40,278 nucleotides of DNA, taken from positions 1-40,278 of the IMG/VR virus record IMGVR_UViG_3300044477_000012. One strand, written 5' to 3'. The notes under the pieces were generated by a model. That model worked only from the letters and a program-made list of their open reading frames with translations, had not been told where the DNA came from and ran no database searches. The translations under genes were made by a program, and so were the position numbers. Numbering within the stretch: the stretch's first letter is position 1; each line of letters begins with the position of its first letter. Of this stretch, positions 23,444 through 32,826 are shown piece by piece. The stretch is from a virus. Its lineage: Duplodnaviria; Caudoviricetes.

Positions 23444-24499
23444 ATGGATTACGCAGGAATTCTTACCACAACTGCACAAAGCCTAGCGCCTTATGTTGTT
23501 GATGGTATCCACAACGGTAGCGTATTACCAGCTCGTTTCTTGACTCGACCAGTCGAGTGGGACGAAGGTCAATACCTACAACAGCCAATACAAACAGAGG
23601 AGAACAACAATGGTGGCGACTTCGTCGGTATGCCAGTTTTTGATGTCTCCGCTCAAAACACTGACCAAAATCTTAAATGGTTAGCAAAAGGTAAACGACA
23701 ATCAATCGTTATTCCTTGGGCCGAAATCGCTCACAACAATACCAAAGCTGGAATTATTAAGCTTGTTGGTCGCAAGATGGACGTTGCTAAGAACGCTTTG
23801 AAAGACAAAATTGCTACGACTCTTACCGGTTTAGGTGCTGGTGATGCAATCGAAGGCCTAGACTTGATGACTGACGACAGTGCATTAAGTTCAACCTACG
23901 GTACGCTTTCGCGAACAACCTATGGAACAGTTATTAACGGTCAATCTAATACTCTTGCAACATTAACGCTTGCTGGTATCGGAACTCAATTCGATGCTTG
24001 TACTCCTGCTAATAGTTCAGAAGGTACAACGATTGCATTAACGACTAAAACGATCTGGGGATACGTTGAAAAACTTCTCGATCCTAAGACTCGCGAAATG
24101 TACAACAATGTTCCTACCTATGTATCGGCTTACACACCTAACGGTGGTGCAGTTAAAGCATCTGAACTTGGTGGTGCTAGTGGCTTTACAGCTATCTTCC
24201 ATCGCGGTGTTCCTATTGTCAAAGACGAAAAGATTGGCAGTGGAAAGATGTATACATTAAACGAAAATAGCATAGACTTTGCACGACTTGACTTCCCACA
24301 AATGAAGGCTGTCAGTGTAAGTAATGAAGTAACTAAGGGTGTCTTTAGCGGCGAACCTGCTCCAAGTGCATTCCAAATTACTGAAATGATGAACCCTTAC
24401 AACCAATTAGGCGATATCGGACACATCATAGTCTATGGTAACTTTATTAACCGTAATCCAGTACGATCAGGTGTCTTAACCGGCATAGCTGGCGTATAA
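23444..24499 (+). CDS. Major capsid protein
   Basis: 351 aa after the scaffold; II.L...KM..A...L spine helix; F.GVPIV.DE; GN...RNP..SG.LTGI ending. Confidence 0.85.
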   Translation: MDYAGILTTTAQSLAPYVVDGIHNGSVLPARFLTRPVEWDEGQYLQQPIQTEENNNGGDFVGMPVFDVSAQNTDQNLKWLAKGKRQSIVIPWAEIAHNNTKAGIIKLVGRKMDVAKNALKDKIATTLTGLGAGDAIEGLDLMTDDSALSSTYGTLSRTTYGTVINGQSNTLATLTLAGIGTQFDACTPANSSEGTTIALTTKTIWGYVEKLLDPKTREMYNNVPTYVSAYTPNGGAVKASELGGASGFTAIFHRGVPIVKDEKIGSGKMYTLNENSIDFARLDFPQMKAVSVSNEVTKGVFSGEPAPSAFQITEMMNPYNQLGDIGHIIVYGNFINRNPVRSGVLTGIAGV

Positions 24500-24509
24500 G
24501 GGGAATAAA

Positions 24510-25226
24510 ATGCTTACACAAAGACTTTCACTCACAAACCAAGACGCACGTAAATTAAGTTCTACGCGCCTACATCAAATCGGATCAATCGCTGAAACAG
24601 CCGATGGGCGAGTATATCGCTACAGTCGAGCTGCTGCAGTCGCTCTTGATGCTGGAAAATTAAATATCAATGCCGACTTAATTGCTAACCATACTAACTG
24701 TGCTGTCGCTGCTGCCGTAGCGGTTGGCGCAACAGAGGTTACTGCTACTCTTGGCGCAACTGCTGCTACTCTTGACCAATATCGAGACGGCTTGCTAGTT
24801 GTTAATGACGCTACTGGTGAAGGTATTAATTACCTCATTAACGGAAACATGGCTGCTGATTCTGCTGGTACGATCCGAGTAACATTAGACGAACCGATTG
24901 CAGTAGCTCTAACGACTTCGAGCGAAGTGACATTAAAGTATAATACTTACGACAACGTTATAATCTCGATTGCCGATCAAGCCGACCAACCAGTTGGTGT
25001 CAACAATATTGCTGTAACAGCAAGTTACTACTGCTGGTTACAAACCCGTGGCGAATGTGCCGTACTTGCTGATGAAGCAGTTACTAAAGGCGCAATCCTT
25101 ACTATTGGTTCAAGCACTGTCGGAGCTGTTGAAGCTGTCGATGCAGTTGCAGAGCCGGTTGTAGGTGTAGCTTCCGAGGCACTAGTTGACACTGAATACC
25201 GTAGTGCATTCTTAATGATGGACTAA
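24510..25226 (+). CDS. Capsid decoration/cement-like protein
   Basis: G......DGRVYRY...A, YCWLQT.G, Ala/Val-rich; directly after the capsid gene. Confidence 0.65.
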   Translation: MLTQRLSLTNQDARKLSSTRLHQIGSIAETADGRVYRYSRAAAVALDAGKLNINADLIANHTNCAVAAAVAVGATEVTATLGATAATLDQYRDGLLVVNDATGEGINYLINGNMAADSAGTIRVTLDEPIAVALTTSSEVTLKYNTYDNVIISIADQADQPVGVNNIAVTASYYCWLQTRGECAVLADEAVTKGAILTIGSSTVGAVEAVDAVAEPVVGVASEALVDTEYRSAFLMMD

Positions 25227-25236
25227 AGGAGTTAAT

Positions 25237-26211
25237 ATGCCAGAATTAAACACAGTCGTTCCCGGACTTAACCAGGGATTCAAGATTTTACCTAGTGAAA
25301 TTGCCAATTACGGTATATTAACCGTTGGTAATGTTTATTGGGTAGATGCAGACAACGGTAGCGATACCGATGACGGAAAAACTGCCAATACTGCATTTAA
25401 AACTATTGCAAAAGCTTACGATATGGTTACTTCTAATAATAACGATGTTATATTGCTTAGCGCGTACTCTGCTCATGCTCAAACATCAATGTTGACTATT
25501 AGCAAGAACAGGGTTCACTTTATCGGAACTGGTATCGGAGCTAGAAAATATGGTCAACGAGCCAGGATAACTATGGGCGTGACTACGGCTACGACCGACG
25601 TTTTCCTGCTTAAAAACACAGGTGTTGGTAACTCGTTTATCAATATCAAGTTTGATAGTGGCAATACCCTAACTCAAGCCGTCGCGACCGTCGGTGAGGG
25701 CGGTGAATATGCCTTATATCAAAATTGTGAGTTCTATAATTCCGCTAAACTAACTTCAGATACCCACGCAGAAGTTGTTTTAAATGGTGACTCTGCGCAG
25801 TTTGTTGATTGTACATTTGGTTCACTTGCTGACTCTGTCACGGGTGACAAAGTACGACCAGCAGTTCTATTGACAGAAAATACTGTTGCAGATGGAAAGG
25901 TGTCGCGCGACGTTTACTTTGACCGATGTAGGTTTTGGAAAAATGCCGGTGGCACGACAACTGCTATGATTAAAGGTGGAGCAACCGATATTGAACGAGT
26001 TATGGAATTTCATGACTGTCAGTTCGTTGCTAATCCACTAGGATCTGCTCCTGCTGTGGCAATAAGTTTAGCAACTTTAACTGAAGGCATGGTATTGCTA
26101 ACTGGTGATACTTGCGCTACTAAGTGTACTAAAATTGCTACGGCCACTGGTGTGTTTAACTGCACTCCAGCCAGAGTCGCAACTGCTACAATCGGTATCC
26201 AGGCAACATAG
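25237..26211 (+). CDS. Right-handed beta-helix (pectin-lyase-fold) virion protein
   Basis: YWVD..NGSD..DG.T...AFKTI.KA start; repeated NCEF/DCTF/RCRF/DCQF rungs. Confidence 0.75.
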   Translation: MPELNTVVPGLNQGFKILPSEIANYGILTVGNVYWVDADNGSDTDDGKTANTAFKTIAKAYDMVTSNNNDVILLSAYSAHAQTSMLTISKNRVHFIGTGIGARKYGQRARITMGVTTATTDVFLLKNTGVGNSFINIKFDSGNTLTQAVATVGEGGEYALYQNCEFYNSAKLTSDTHAEVVLNGDSAQFVDCTFGSLADSVTGDKVRPAVLLTENTVADGKVSRDVYFDRCRFWKNAGGTTTAMIKGGATDIERVMEFHDCQFVANPLGSAPAVAISLATLTEGMVLLTGDTCATKCTKIATATGVFNCTPARVATATIGIQAT

Positions 26212-26220
26212 GTAATTATC

Positions 26221-26700
26221 ATGACTGGTAGAATACCTTTAGACGATAACGCAACGCCAATGGTAAATCCTAACTGGATGATTCCAGTGAAGTGTACCCC
26301 CACAGCCTTTGTGGGCGGTACAGCCAACGGTAGAGGTGATTATGATGGTACTGGTAATCCGTTGACATTGTTTACGGTTACAGGTACGGTCATGATGAAA
26401 CTGTTTGGAATATGTACAGTTAGTTTAGTAGGTGATAGTGCTACCCTAGAAGTTGGTACAGCTCTATCTACCGCAGGATTAATTGCCCAAACAACCGCAA
26501 CTGCTATTGACGCTAATGAAATATGGCATGATGCCACACCAGATGCTTCAATTGAGTTGTCATCGGTAGCAACAGAAAAAATAGTATCTCAGAATGTAAT
26601 TGAAACCGTAGCAACGGCCAATATTACAGCAGGGAATATATACTATATTTGCAGTTGGTATCCTTTGACTCCCGATGGTAACGTTGTATCCGCTATATAA
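26221..26700 (+). CDS. Virion structural protein
   Basis: Thr/Ala-rich beta protein in the head operon. Confidence 0.6.
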   Translation: MTGRIPLDDNATPMVNPNWMIPVKCTPTAFVGGTANGRGDYDGTGNPLTLFTVTGTVMMKLFGICTVSLVGDSATLEVGTALSTAGLIAQTTATAIDANEIWHDATPDASIELSSVATEKIVSQNVIETVATANITAGNIYYICSWYPLTPDGNVVSAI

Positions 26701-26712
26701 TTAGGCCACACA

Positions 26713-26747
26713 AAAATAGTCTTGCTTATGGTAAGACTATTTTGTTT
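26713..26747 (+). terminator. Intrinsic terminator of the capsid operon
   Basis: AAAATAGTCTTGC-TTATG-GTAAGACTATTTT-GTTT. Confidence 0.8.
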
Positions 26748-26762
26748 GTCTGGTTTATATAG

Positions 26763-26808
26763 TATAATGTTCTTAACAACTGCACAGTTTCCTTTTTGGG
26801 ACTGTTCT
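26763..26808 (+). promoter_or_regulatory. Promoter with a degenerate leader hairpin (element C)
   Basis: TATAAT, TTAACAACT, then ACAGTTTCC-TTTTT-GGGACTGT; no good U-tract. Confidence 0.5.
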
Positions 26809-26824
26809 TAATAAAGGAGAAAGC

Positions 26825-27205
26825 ATGAATCCAAAAGAGTTCGGATGGACAGAAGATCAACAAGTAACCGTCGTGAATCCCACAAAGGATGACTTTACTT
26901 TTAAGGTATATAACAAAGACTACATAGTCGAAGCCGGTAGAATGGCGAAAATGCCTGGTTATATTGCTTGGATGTTTGTATATAAACTTTCAACAAAGAT
27001 GGCTGTCGACAATGGTGATTTTATTCACTGGAACGAGGAAGGCTTTAGAAAGACCTATTACGATAAATTAGTCGTAGGTATTGACGATATTGTTCAAAAC
27101 GTAACTGTTGAGCCAGTGGTTTCGACCTTTGATGTAACAGAAGATGAGATTAAAGATGAAGTTGCACCAGTAAAGGACAAAGATGTCCGACCTAAGCGGG
27201 CTTAA
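26825..27205 (+). CDS. Hypothetical protein
   Basis: AAGGAG RBS; V.NPT..DFTF pattern. Confidence 0.7.
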   Translation: MNPKEFGWTEDQQVTVVNPTKDDFTFKVYNKDYIVEAGRMAKMPGYIAWMFVYKLSTKMAVDNGDFIHWNEEGFRKTYYDKLVVGIDDIVQNVTVEPVVSTFDVTEDEIKDEVAPVKDKDVRPKRA

Positions 27206-27992
27206 AGAGTTAGTCGAGCGGGCAGAGTCTCTTGAAAGTGAGATATCTAAACTCGAAGACGAGAAAAGCAAACTATCCCAGGAGTGTATCACTCTTAGGG
27301 CTAAATTAATCAACCATAAGTCTATCTTAGATGGTTACGATAAACGGACTGCTGAATTAGATAAAATATATCAAGAGAAAAAAACCGATCTCGACGAGAG
27401 TGTTAAAAAATTTAATGACCAGAAAATCCTATTAGATGGTCAGATACGACAAAAGCAAGCCGAAATCAATCAATTAGGGGTTGAGTTTGGGACTACAAAA
27501 AGCGAAAAAAGTAAAATATTGTCTGATCTTAACGTAAAAATAGACGCTGCCGAAGCTTCGTTAGATCATATTGACAGCAAAATCGAAGAGGGGAACAAAG
27601 AGGTATCAATTTTATCCAACAAAAAGGTGGACTTAGAGGAAGATCTAACTAATTTAGAAAATAAACGACGTAAATCTGAGGAAAGTGCCAAAGAAACATT
27701 AGAATATATGAAAATCGAGCAATTAAATGCCGATAAAACGCTTAAATCGACTAAAGGGGAAATCAAGACTGCCAATAAGTCATTATTATTAGTTAAAAGA
27801 GATATCGACAAGGCTAACGAGGAACTGAATAAAGCCAAATCCGAACATAATTCATTTAAAAAGTATGAGGAATTAGCTCGCACTGCACTTGAAGCGCGTG
27901 AAACTGTCTTATTAAAGAGCGAAAAGCAACTAAAAGAAGCGATTGCAGTGGCACGACGACGTGATGGGGTGCTAGATAAAATTGGCGAATAA
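27183..27992 (+). CDS. Long coiled-coil protein
   Basis: 269 aa of K/E/L heptads with no prolines. Confidence 0.75.
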   Translation: MSDLSGLKELVERAESLESEISKLEDEKSKLSQECITLRAKLINHKSILDGYDKRTAELDKIYQEKKTDLDESVKKFNDQKILLDGQIRQKQAEINQLGVEFGTTKSEKSKILSDLNVKIDAAEASLDHIDSKIEEGNKEVSILSNKKVDLEEDLTNLENKRRKSEESAKETLEYMKIEQLNADKTLKSTKGEIKTANKSLLLVKRDIDKANEELNKAKSEHNSFKKYEELARTALEARETVLLKSEKQLKEAIAVARRRDGVLDKIGE

Positions 27993-28047
27993 TGTTATTA
28001 TCATAGTAGCAACTTAACAGTTCCCGATAGGGAACTTTTTATTTGGA
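27993..28047 (+). promoter_or_regulatory. Late promoter + box + leader terminator (element D)
   Basis: TGTTATTAT-AGCAACTTAAC-AGTTCCC-GATA-GGGAACT-TTTTATTT-GGA. Confidence 0.8.
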
Positions 28048-28052
28048 ATGGT

Positions 28053-29171
28053 ATGGCAAACGCTGAAATAGATGATAATTTTAAACCCACACTTATAGCC
28101 GTCAGCTCGATTGATGGTCAAACTCCTATTCGAGTGGAAGCTGACGAGACAACTAGTGAATTACTAGTTAAAGACGTTGCTATAACCAATGGGACGCAAA
28201 TATCTAAGATTTTTGACTCATGGGGCGATGAAATTGGTTCAACAATGATCGACGAACTCATGGTGTCTGAGAAAAATCGCGTCGCTGGCGGTGTATTTAA
28301 TGGCACAAATCCTGATACTAACTTCTATACTACGACTACTAATGCAAACGGAACAGCAACCATATCTAATTCAGTAATAGACCTCGCTACGACTACCGAT
28401 AGCGGTTCAAGCGTATTAGTTTATACAAAAAGCGTTGCCCGATATATAGGCGGAAGTATGAACCATATGCGAGGTATATTTAGGGTAGGTGATACCGGAA
28501 CTGCCAATAATACACGAATGATTGGTTGCACGGAGAATGACACTCTAGCAAATTCGTTTTATTTTCAGTTATCAGGTTCCGTGTTCTCGATTGTCGCTAA
28601 GACTAACGGTCTTGCGGATATTAATATAGACAACGGTTCGTTTAACGGAGATTTAGCAACTTTCCCACTTACTGACACGTTTCATACTTGGGAGATTCTT
28701 TATACAAATAGGCGCATTCAATTCTATGTAGATAAAGTTTTAATCCACACACTTACTCAAACTACCTCTGTAATATGCGGAACAAGACACCTGAGACCTT
28801 TTATGAAGAACATAAATACAGGGGTTGGAAGTGTTACTCACCTTTATTGCCAAGTATTAAGTGTTTTGACTTGGGGAAACACCAAGACACAACCAAAATA
28901 TTATTTTCAACAAAATATAACCGCTGGAGTGCTTTTAAAACAAGGCATAGGCTCTCTACATAGCCTGGTAATAAGTGGAGTAGTCAATAACGCAGTAGTT
29001 ACCTTATATGACGGAACTAGCACCGCAGGGACAGTTATATGGACTTCTGGAGCTATGACAAACCAGACAATACCGTTCGATGTTACATTTAATACCGGAA
29101 TCCAATTTACAACCGGTTTATTCTTAACTGTAACAGTAGCTAACTGTAATTGTATGGTTATGTATGAATAA
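28053..29171 (+). CDS. Virion fibre/adhesin with a lectin (ConA)-like beta domain
   Basis: FHTWEI......IQFYVD..LIHT pattern; N-terminus shared with the next gene. Confidence 0.6.
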   Translation: MANAEIDDNFKPTLIAVSSIDGQTPIRVEADETTSELLVKDVAITNGTQISKIFDSWGDEIGSTMIDELMVSEKNRVAGGVFNGTNPDTNFYTTTTNANGTATISNSVIDLATTTDSGSSVLVYTKSVARYIGGSMNHMRGIFRVGDTGTANNTRMIGCTENDTLANSFYFQLSGSVFSIVAKTNGLADINIDNGSFNGDLATFPLTDTFHTWEILYTNRRIQFYVDKVLIHTLTQTTSVICGTRHLRPFMKNINTGVGSVTHLYCQVLSVLTWGNTKTQPKYYFQQNITAGVLLKQGIGSLHSLVISGVVNNAVVTLYDGTSTAGTVIWTSGAMTNQTIPFDVTFNTGIQFTTGLFLTVTVANCNCMVMYE

Positions 29172-29179
29172 GGATTAAT

Positions 29180-30937
29180 ATGGTAAATGCGAAAATAGAT
29201 GACAACCGAAAACCAACGCTCATAGTAGTTAATACTACCGATGGTGAAACACCAATGCTTGTTGAGGGTGATCCGGCGACAGGCGAATTATTAGTAAAAT
29301 CTAGTTCTTCTACTGATGGAACTCAACTGACACAAATAGTGGATGCAGGTGGAGAGAACGTTACTGTAACCGGCAATAAATTAGACGTAAATGTTAATTT
29401 TCCGTCTGAGTATCCATTACCAGCTAGTCAGGTAACTACACTTACCCCGCCTGCTGCGATAACCGGATTTGCAACGTCTGCTAATCAAACTAATGCTTCT
29501 CAGAAATCACAAATTGTCGATGGTTCAGGAAATGTCATTGGTGCGACCTCAAATGCGCTTGATGTAAATATTAAATCTGGTGGTGCAGGTGATGGCGCAA
29601 TTCTTGATGGTGTAGACAGTGGCATAAAGGCAACAGTAAAAGATTTGACCAATTCTAATCCAGTTGCGACGGCTATCGTCGACGCTAATGGAGACCAAAT
29701 TACATCATTTGGTGGCGGTGTTCAATATACAGAAGGCGATACCGATTCCTCGATGACCGGGACTGTTGCGATGGTCGAGGGCGCTGCCGATACTGTCGTA
29801 ACTTTAAAGCAACCTACAACACCAACGGATACTCAACCGATAAGTGCCGCATCTCTACCATTACCGACGGGAGCTGCTACAGCTGCTAAACAATTAGCCG
29901 ACAATCATCAGGTAACAGTATCAAATATCGCTAGTACGCCACTAGGTTTAACTGACGATGAATTACGAGCTACTGCCGTTCCTGTCTCCGTCGCAACTAT
30001 TCCATCACATAACGTTACTAACGCGGGAACATTTGCTGTCCAATCGACTAATCAAGCTAATTCAGGTGTAGATATAGGCGATGTTACTATAAACAACTCC
30101 ACTGGTGTGGCTGCTGTTAATATCCAAGATGGTGGTAACTCAATTACAGTAGATGGTGCTGTAACTGTAACTAACTCAACGGCAACTAATTTGAAAGCTG
30201 AGGTAGTCGGAACTGGAACTTTTGCCGTACAAGCATCTCAAGCAACCGCCTCTAACCTAAATATGACCGAAGCAAGTGCTGCTGCTATTAAAACTGCTGT
30301 TGAGGCATTAGATAATGCAGTCGATGGAAATTACCTAAACGTTAATCTAAATCTGGCTGGGACTGATTGCCCATCAGGAAACGGAACAGCAGCTACTTCC
30401 CAAAGAGTTACAATAGCCTCTGATTCGACTGGTCAAATTAAGTTGGCAGCAGGAACGGCTGAAATAGGTAAATTAGCTGCTGGAACTGCCGAAATTGGAA
30501 ATGTAAAAAACTCCGGAACCTTTGCAGTTCAAAATGATAACGTAAAAATAAACGGCGTGACACTACTTGCTGGTAATGGTGCAACCGGTACTGGTTCGCA
30601 ACGAGTAACTATAGCCTCGGATAATACAGCATTTAATGTCTTAACTACATCTGCGATATCAGGAATAGGACATGGCGTTAAGACCGTTACTACTGCCGGA
30701 ACTGATGTTGCTTTGGCCGCATCGACTGCCTGTAAGAGAGTTACCATTCAAGCTCAAACCGATAATACTTCAATAATAGCCGTTGGCGGTTCGGGAGTTG
30801 ACGCTACGATTGCAACAGGAACGGGAGTTATATTATATCCTGGAGACGTTTTTGAGTTAGATATAGATAACTTAGCCGATATTTATATAGACAGTTTGGT
30901 TAATGGAGAGGGCGTGAGATATTGCTATTTTACGTAA
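29180..30937 (+). CDS. Long repetitive fibre protein
   Basis: 585 aa, T/A/G/V-rich; repeats QIVD.xG, GTFAVQ, SQRVTIASD, KLAAGTAEIG. Confidence 0.7.
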   Translation: MVNAKIDDNRKPTLIVVNTTDGETPMLVEGDPATGELLVKSSSSTDGTQLTQIVDAGGENVTVTGNKLDVNVNFPSEYPLPASQVTTLTPPAAITGFATSANQTNASQKSQIVDGSGNVIGATSNALDVNIKSGGAGDGAILDGVDSGIKATVKDLTNSNPVATAIVDANGDQITSFGGGVQYTEGDTDSSMTGTVAMVEGAADTVVTLKQPTTPTDTQPISAASLPLPTGAATAAKQLADNHQVTVSNIASTPLGLTDDELRATAVPVSVATIPSHNVTNAGTFAVQSTNQANSGVDIGDVTINNSTGVAAVNIQDGGNSITVDGAVTVTNSTATNLKAEVVGTGTFAVQASQATASNLNMTEASAAAIKTAVEALDNAVDGNYLNVNLNLAGTDCPSGNGTAATSQRVTIASDSTGQIKLAAGTAEIGKLAAGTAEIGNVKNSGTFAVQNDNVKINGVTLLAGNGATGTGSQRVTIASDNTAFNVLTTSAISGIGHGVKTVTTAGTDVALAASTACKRVTIQAQTDNTSIIAVGGSGVDATIATGTGVILYPGDVFELDIDNLADIYIDSLVNGEGVRYCYFT

Positions 30938-30943
30938 ATTAAT

Positions 30944-31639
30944 ATGCCAGTATATAAATCAAACGCTAATACTATAACAGTACAAGATGAGACGACAGAC
31001 ACGACCTGTTATCCCACTTTTGTTACCACGGCGACTGGTTTTCTTGGACAGAAGACTAATGCCGGTTTGACCTATAATGCCAATACAGACGTGTTTCACG
31101 CAACCACAGTATCAACTGATACTGTAAGCGAATTTAACTCTGCTAATGGAGTAACTGTTGATGGTTGCAAACTAAAAGATAATTTAGTCGTTGGTGGTTC
31201 TGGAACTGGTGTTGCTAACTCATCACTCGATACTACTGCCGGTGAACCTGGTGGAGCATGGAAAAGCTGGACTCCTACTTTTGTAAACTTATCTGGTGGA
31301 ACACTTAACTATGCTGTATATACAAAGATAGGTAAAACTGTTCACTTCAGCTGGAAATATACACTGGCTGGGGCAGGGGTTGCTGGTTCAGTTACATTTA
31401 CTACTCCGACTACTATGAATATATCGGCTTCGTCTGATACTATGGTTAACTCAACACGATTTGTTCGCTCGGCATCTTACGTTGGTGAAATCAGACCAGC
31501 GTCATCAACGGTGTGTACGGTATTGGTAAGAACAGCTAGTGGTAACTACGTCGGGTTAGCCGTACTATCATCAACAGTACCTGATACTTGGGCTAATGGC
31601 GATACGTTGTCGGCATCAGGAACTTATCAAGAAGCCTAG
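30944..31639 (+). CDS. Fibre / receptor-binding protein
   Basis: DTVSE.NS.NGVTVDG.KLKD; W.SWTPT, Y.KIGKTV and SGTYQ C-terminal head domain. Confidence 0.7.
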   Translation: MPVYKSNANTITVQDETTDTTCYPTFVTTATGFLGQKTNAGLTYNANTDVFHATTVSTDTVSEFNSANGVTVDGCKLKDNLVVGGSGTGVANSSLDTTAGEPGGAWKSWTPTFVNLSGGTLNYAVYTKIGKTVHFSWKYTLAGAGVAGSVTFTTPTTMNISASSDTMVNSTRFVRSASYVGEIRPASSTVCTVLVRTASGNYVGLAVLSSTVPDTWANGDTLSASGTYQEA

Positions 31640-31652
31640 AAAGGAGTTTATT

Positions 31653-31679
31653 ATGGGTCGAAAAAAATGTAAAAAATAA
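31653..31679 (+). CDS. Possible 8-aa minigene MGRKKCKK
   Basis: Strong AGAAAGGAG RBS 6 nt upstream; stop overlaps the next RBS. Confidence 0.35.
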   Translation: MGRKKCKK

Positions 31680-31688
31680 GGAGAATCT

Positions 31689-31850
31689 ATGCCAATAGAC
31701 AAGAAAAAGATGTCTTCCATGAAAAAGACTTATGGCGCTAAAAAAGGCGAACAAGTTTATTACGCGATGGAAAATAAAGAAAAGCATGACGAACATCGCT
31801 CAAAAATGTCAATGGACGACGTGGCTCGCAAGTTAAAAGGCAAACGATAG
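31689..31850 (+). CDS. 53-aa basic phage protein (not in ORF track)
   Basis: MPIDKKKMSSMKKTYGAKKGEQVYYAMENK...; TAAGGAG RBS. Confidence 0.75.
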   Translation: MPIDKKKMSSMKKTYGAKKGEQVYYAMENKEKHDEHRSKMSMDDVARKLKGKR

Positions 31851-31867
31851 AATAATTTATAACTTAG

Positions 31868-31928
31868 TGTTATAATATTAACAAGCAACTTAACAGTTCC
31901 CATCTCGGTGGGAACTTTTTATTTGGAG
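31868..31928 (+). promoter_or_regulatory. Late promoter + box + leader terminator (element E)
   Basis: TGTTATAAT-6 nt-AAGCAACTTAAC-AGTTCCCAT-CTCG-GTGGGAACT-TTTTATTT-GGAG. Confidence 0.85.
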
Positions 31929-31932
31929 AATT

Positions 31933-32826
31933 ATGCTAAGTTTCACCGATCAATATACGATGGCACAACAAATAACAGGCGACACTTCGGCTACCCAACT
32001 TGTAATGTTTAAAAGAGACATTAATGAAGGTGGAGCGATGTTTCTTAATCGTCTAGGCCGTAAGTTTAATAAAGAATATAAAAAAGCAAGCCTAGTGGAA
32101 GGACAACAATATTACCAAATGCCGATGGACGTTCTTAGGATATCAGAAATCCGAGTTTTAAATGGTTCAGATTACTATTCTCCAATTCTAGTAACTTCCG
32201 AGGACGAGTGGAACAGATTGAATATCACGACATTTGAGGGAAGTGTGCCTACTCACTATTACATACGAGGCTTTAATGAAGTTGGTCTATATCCTATACC
32301 TTCTGACGACGTTACTGATGGTTTAGTGGTTTCATTTGAGCCGCAACACATTGAGATGACTGCTGCCGACTATACTACTGGAACTATAACAGTTAGTAAT
32401 GGTTCTGTTACAATTACCCACTCAGCAACAGGATTTACGCCTCAAATGGTCGGTAGATACTTGCAAGTTACTGACGGAACTGACGGCAGATGGTATCGTA
32501 TTTCATCTTACACCTCTACGTCAGTTATGAGTTTAGAAAACTACTACGAGGGTATTTCCGGCTCAGGTAGGACGTTCAGGATAGGTGAAGTGATGAAAAT
32601 TCCGCAAGCATATCAAGACGCACCTGTCTATTATGCTTTAGAGAGATACTATTTAACTCAAAGCGACCAAAATTCAGCAGATAGGTTTGGGCGCAGATTT
32701 GACTTAAAGGTGAAGTCTGCTAAACAAACTTACGGTAGGTCAACTTCGCAGATGGGCGTTAAAAAACAAGGGACTGGTAGGCGTATGAGCTGGATTGAAC
32801 TAACTCCACCAGTTACATACCCGTAA
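31933..32826 (+). CDS. Head-tail adaptor / tail tubular protein A-like
   Basis: GQQYY.MP.D, P..YYI, LYPIP, IP..YQDA..YYA; inserted beta domain. Confidence 0.7.
   Translation: MLSFTDQYTMAQQITGDTSATQLVMFKRDINEGGAMFLNRLGRKFNKEYKKASLVEGQQYYQMPMDVLRISEIRVLNGSDYYSPILVTSEDEWNRLNITTFEGSVPTHYYIRGFNEVGLYPIPSDDVTDGLVVSFEPQHIEMTAADYTTGTITVSNGSVTITHSATGFTPQMVGRYLQVTDGTDGRWYRISSYTSTSVMSLENYYEGISGSGRTFRIGEVMKIPQAYQDAPVYYALERYYLTQSDQNSADRFGRRFDLKVKSAKQTYGRSTSQMGVKKQGTGRRMSWIELTPPVTYP

Noticed and set aside
27183-27992. Coiled coil as tape measure or SMC protein
   Set aside because: No tail tube or tail chaperone genes nearby and no ATPase motifs; gene order is podovirus-like.
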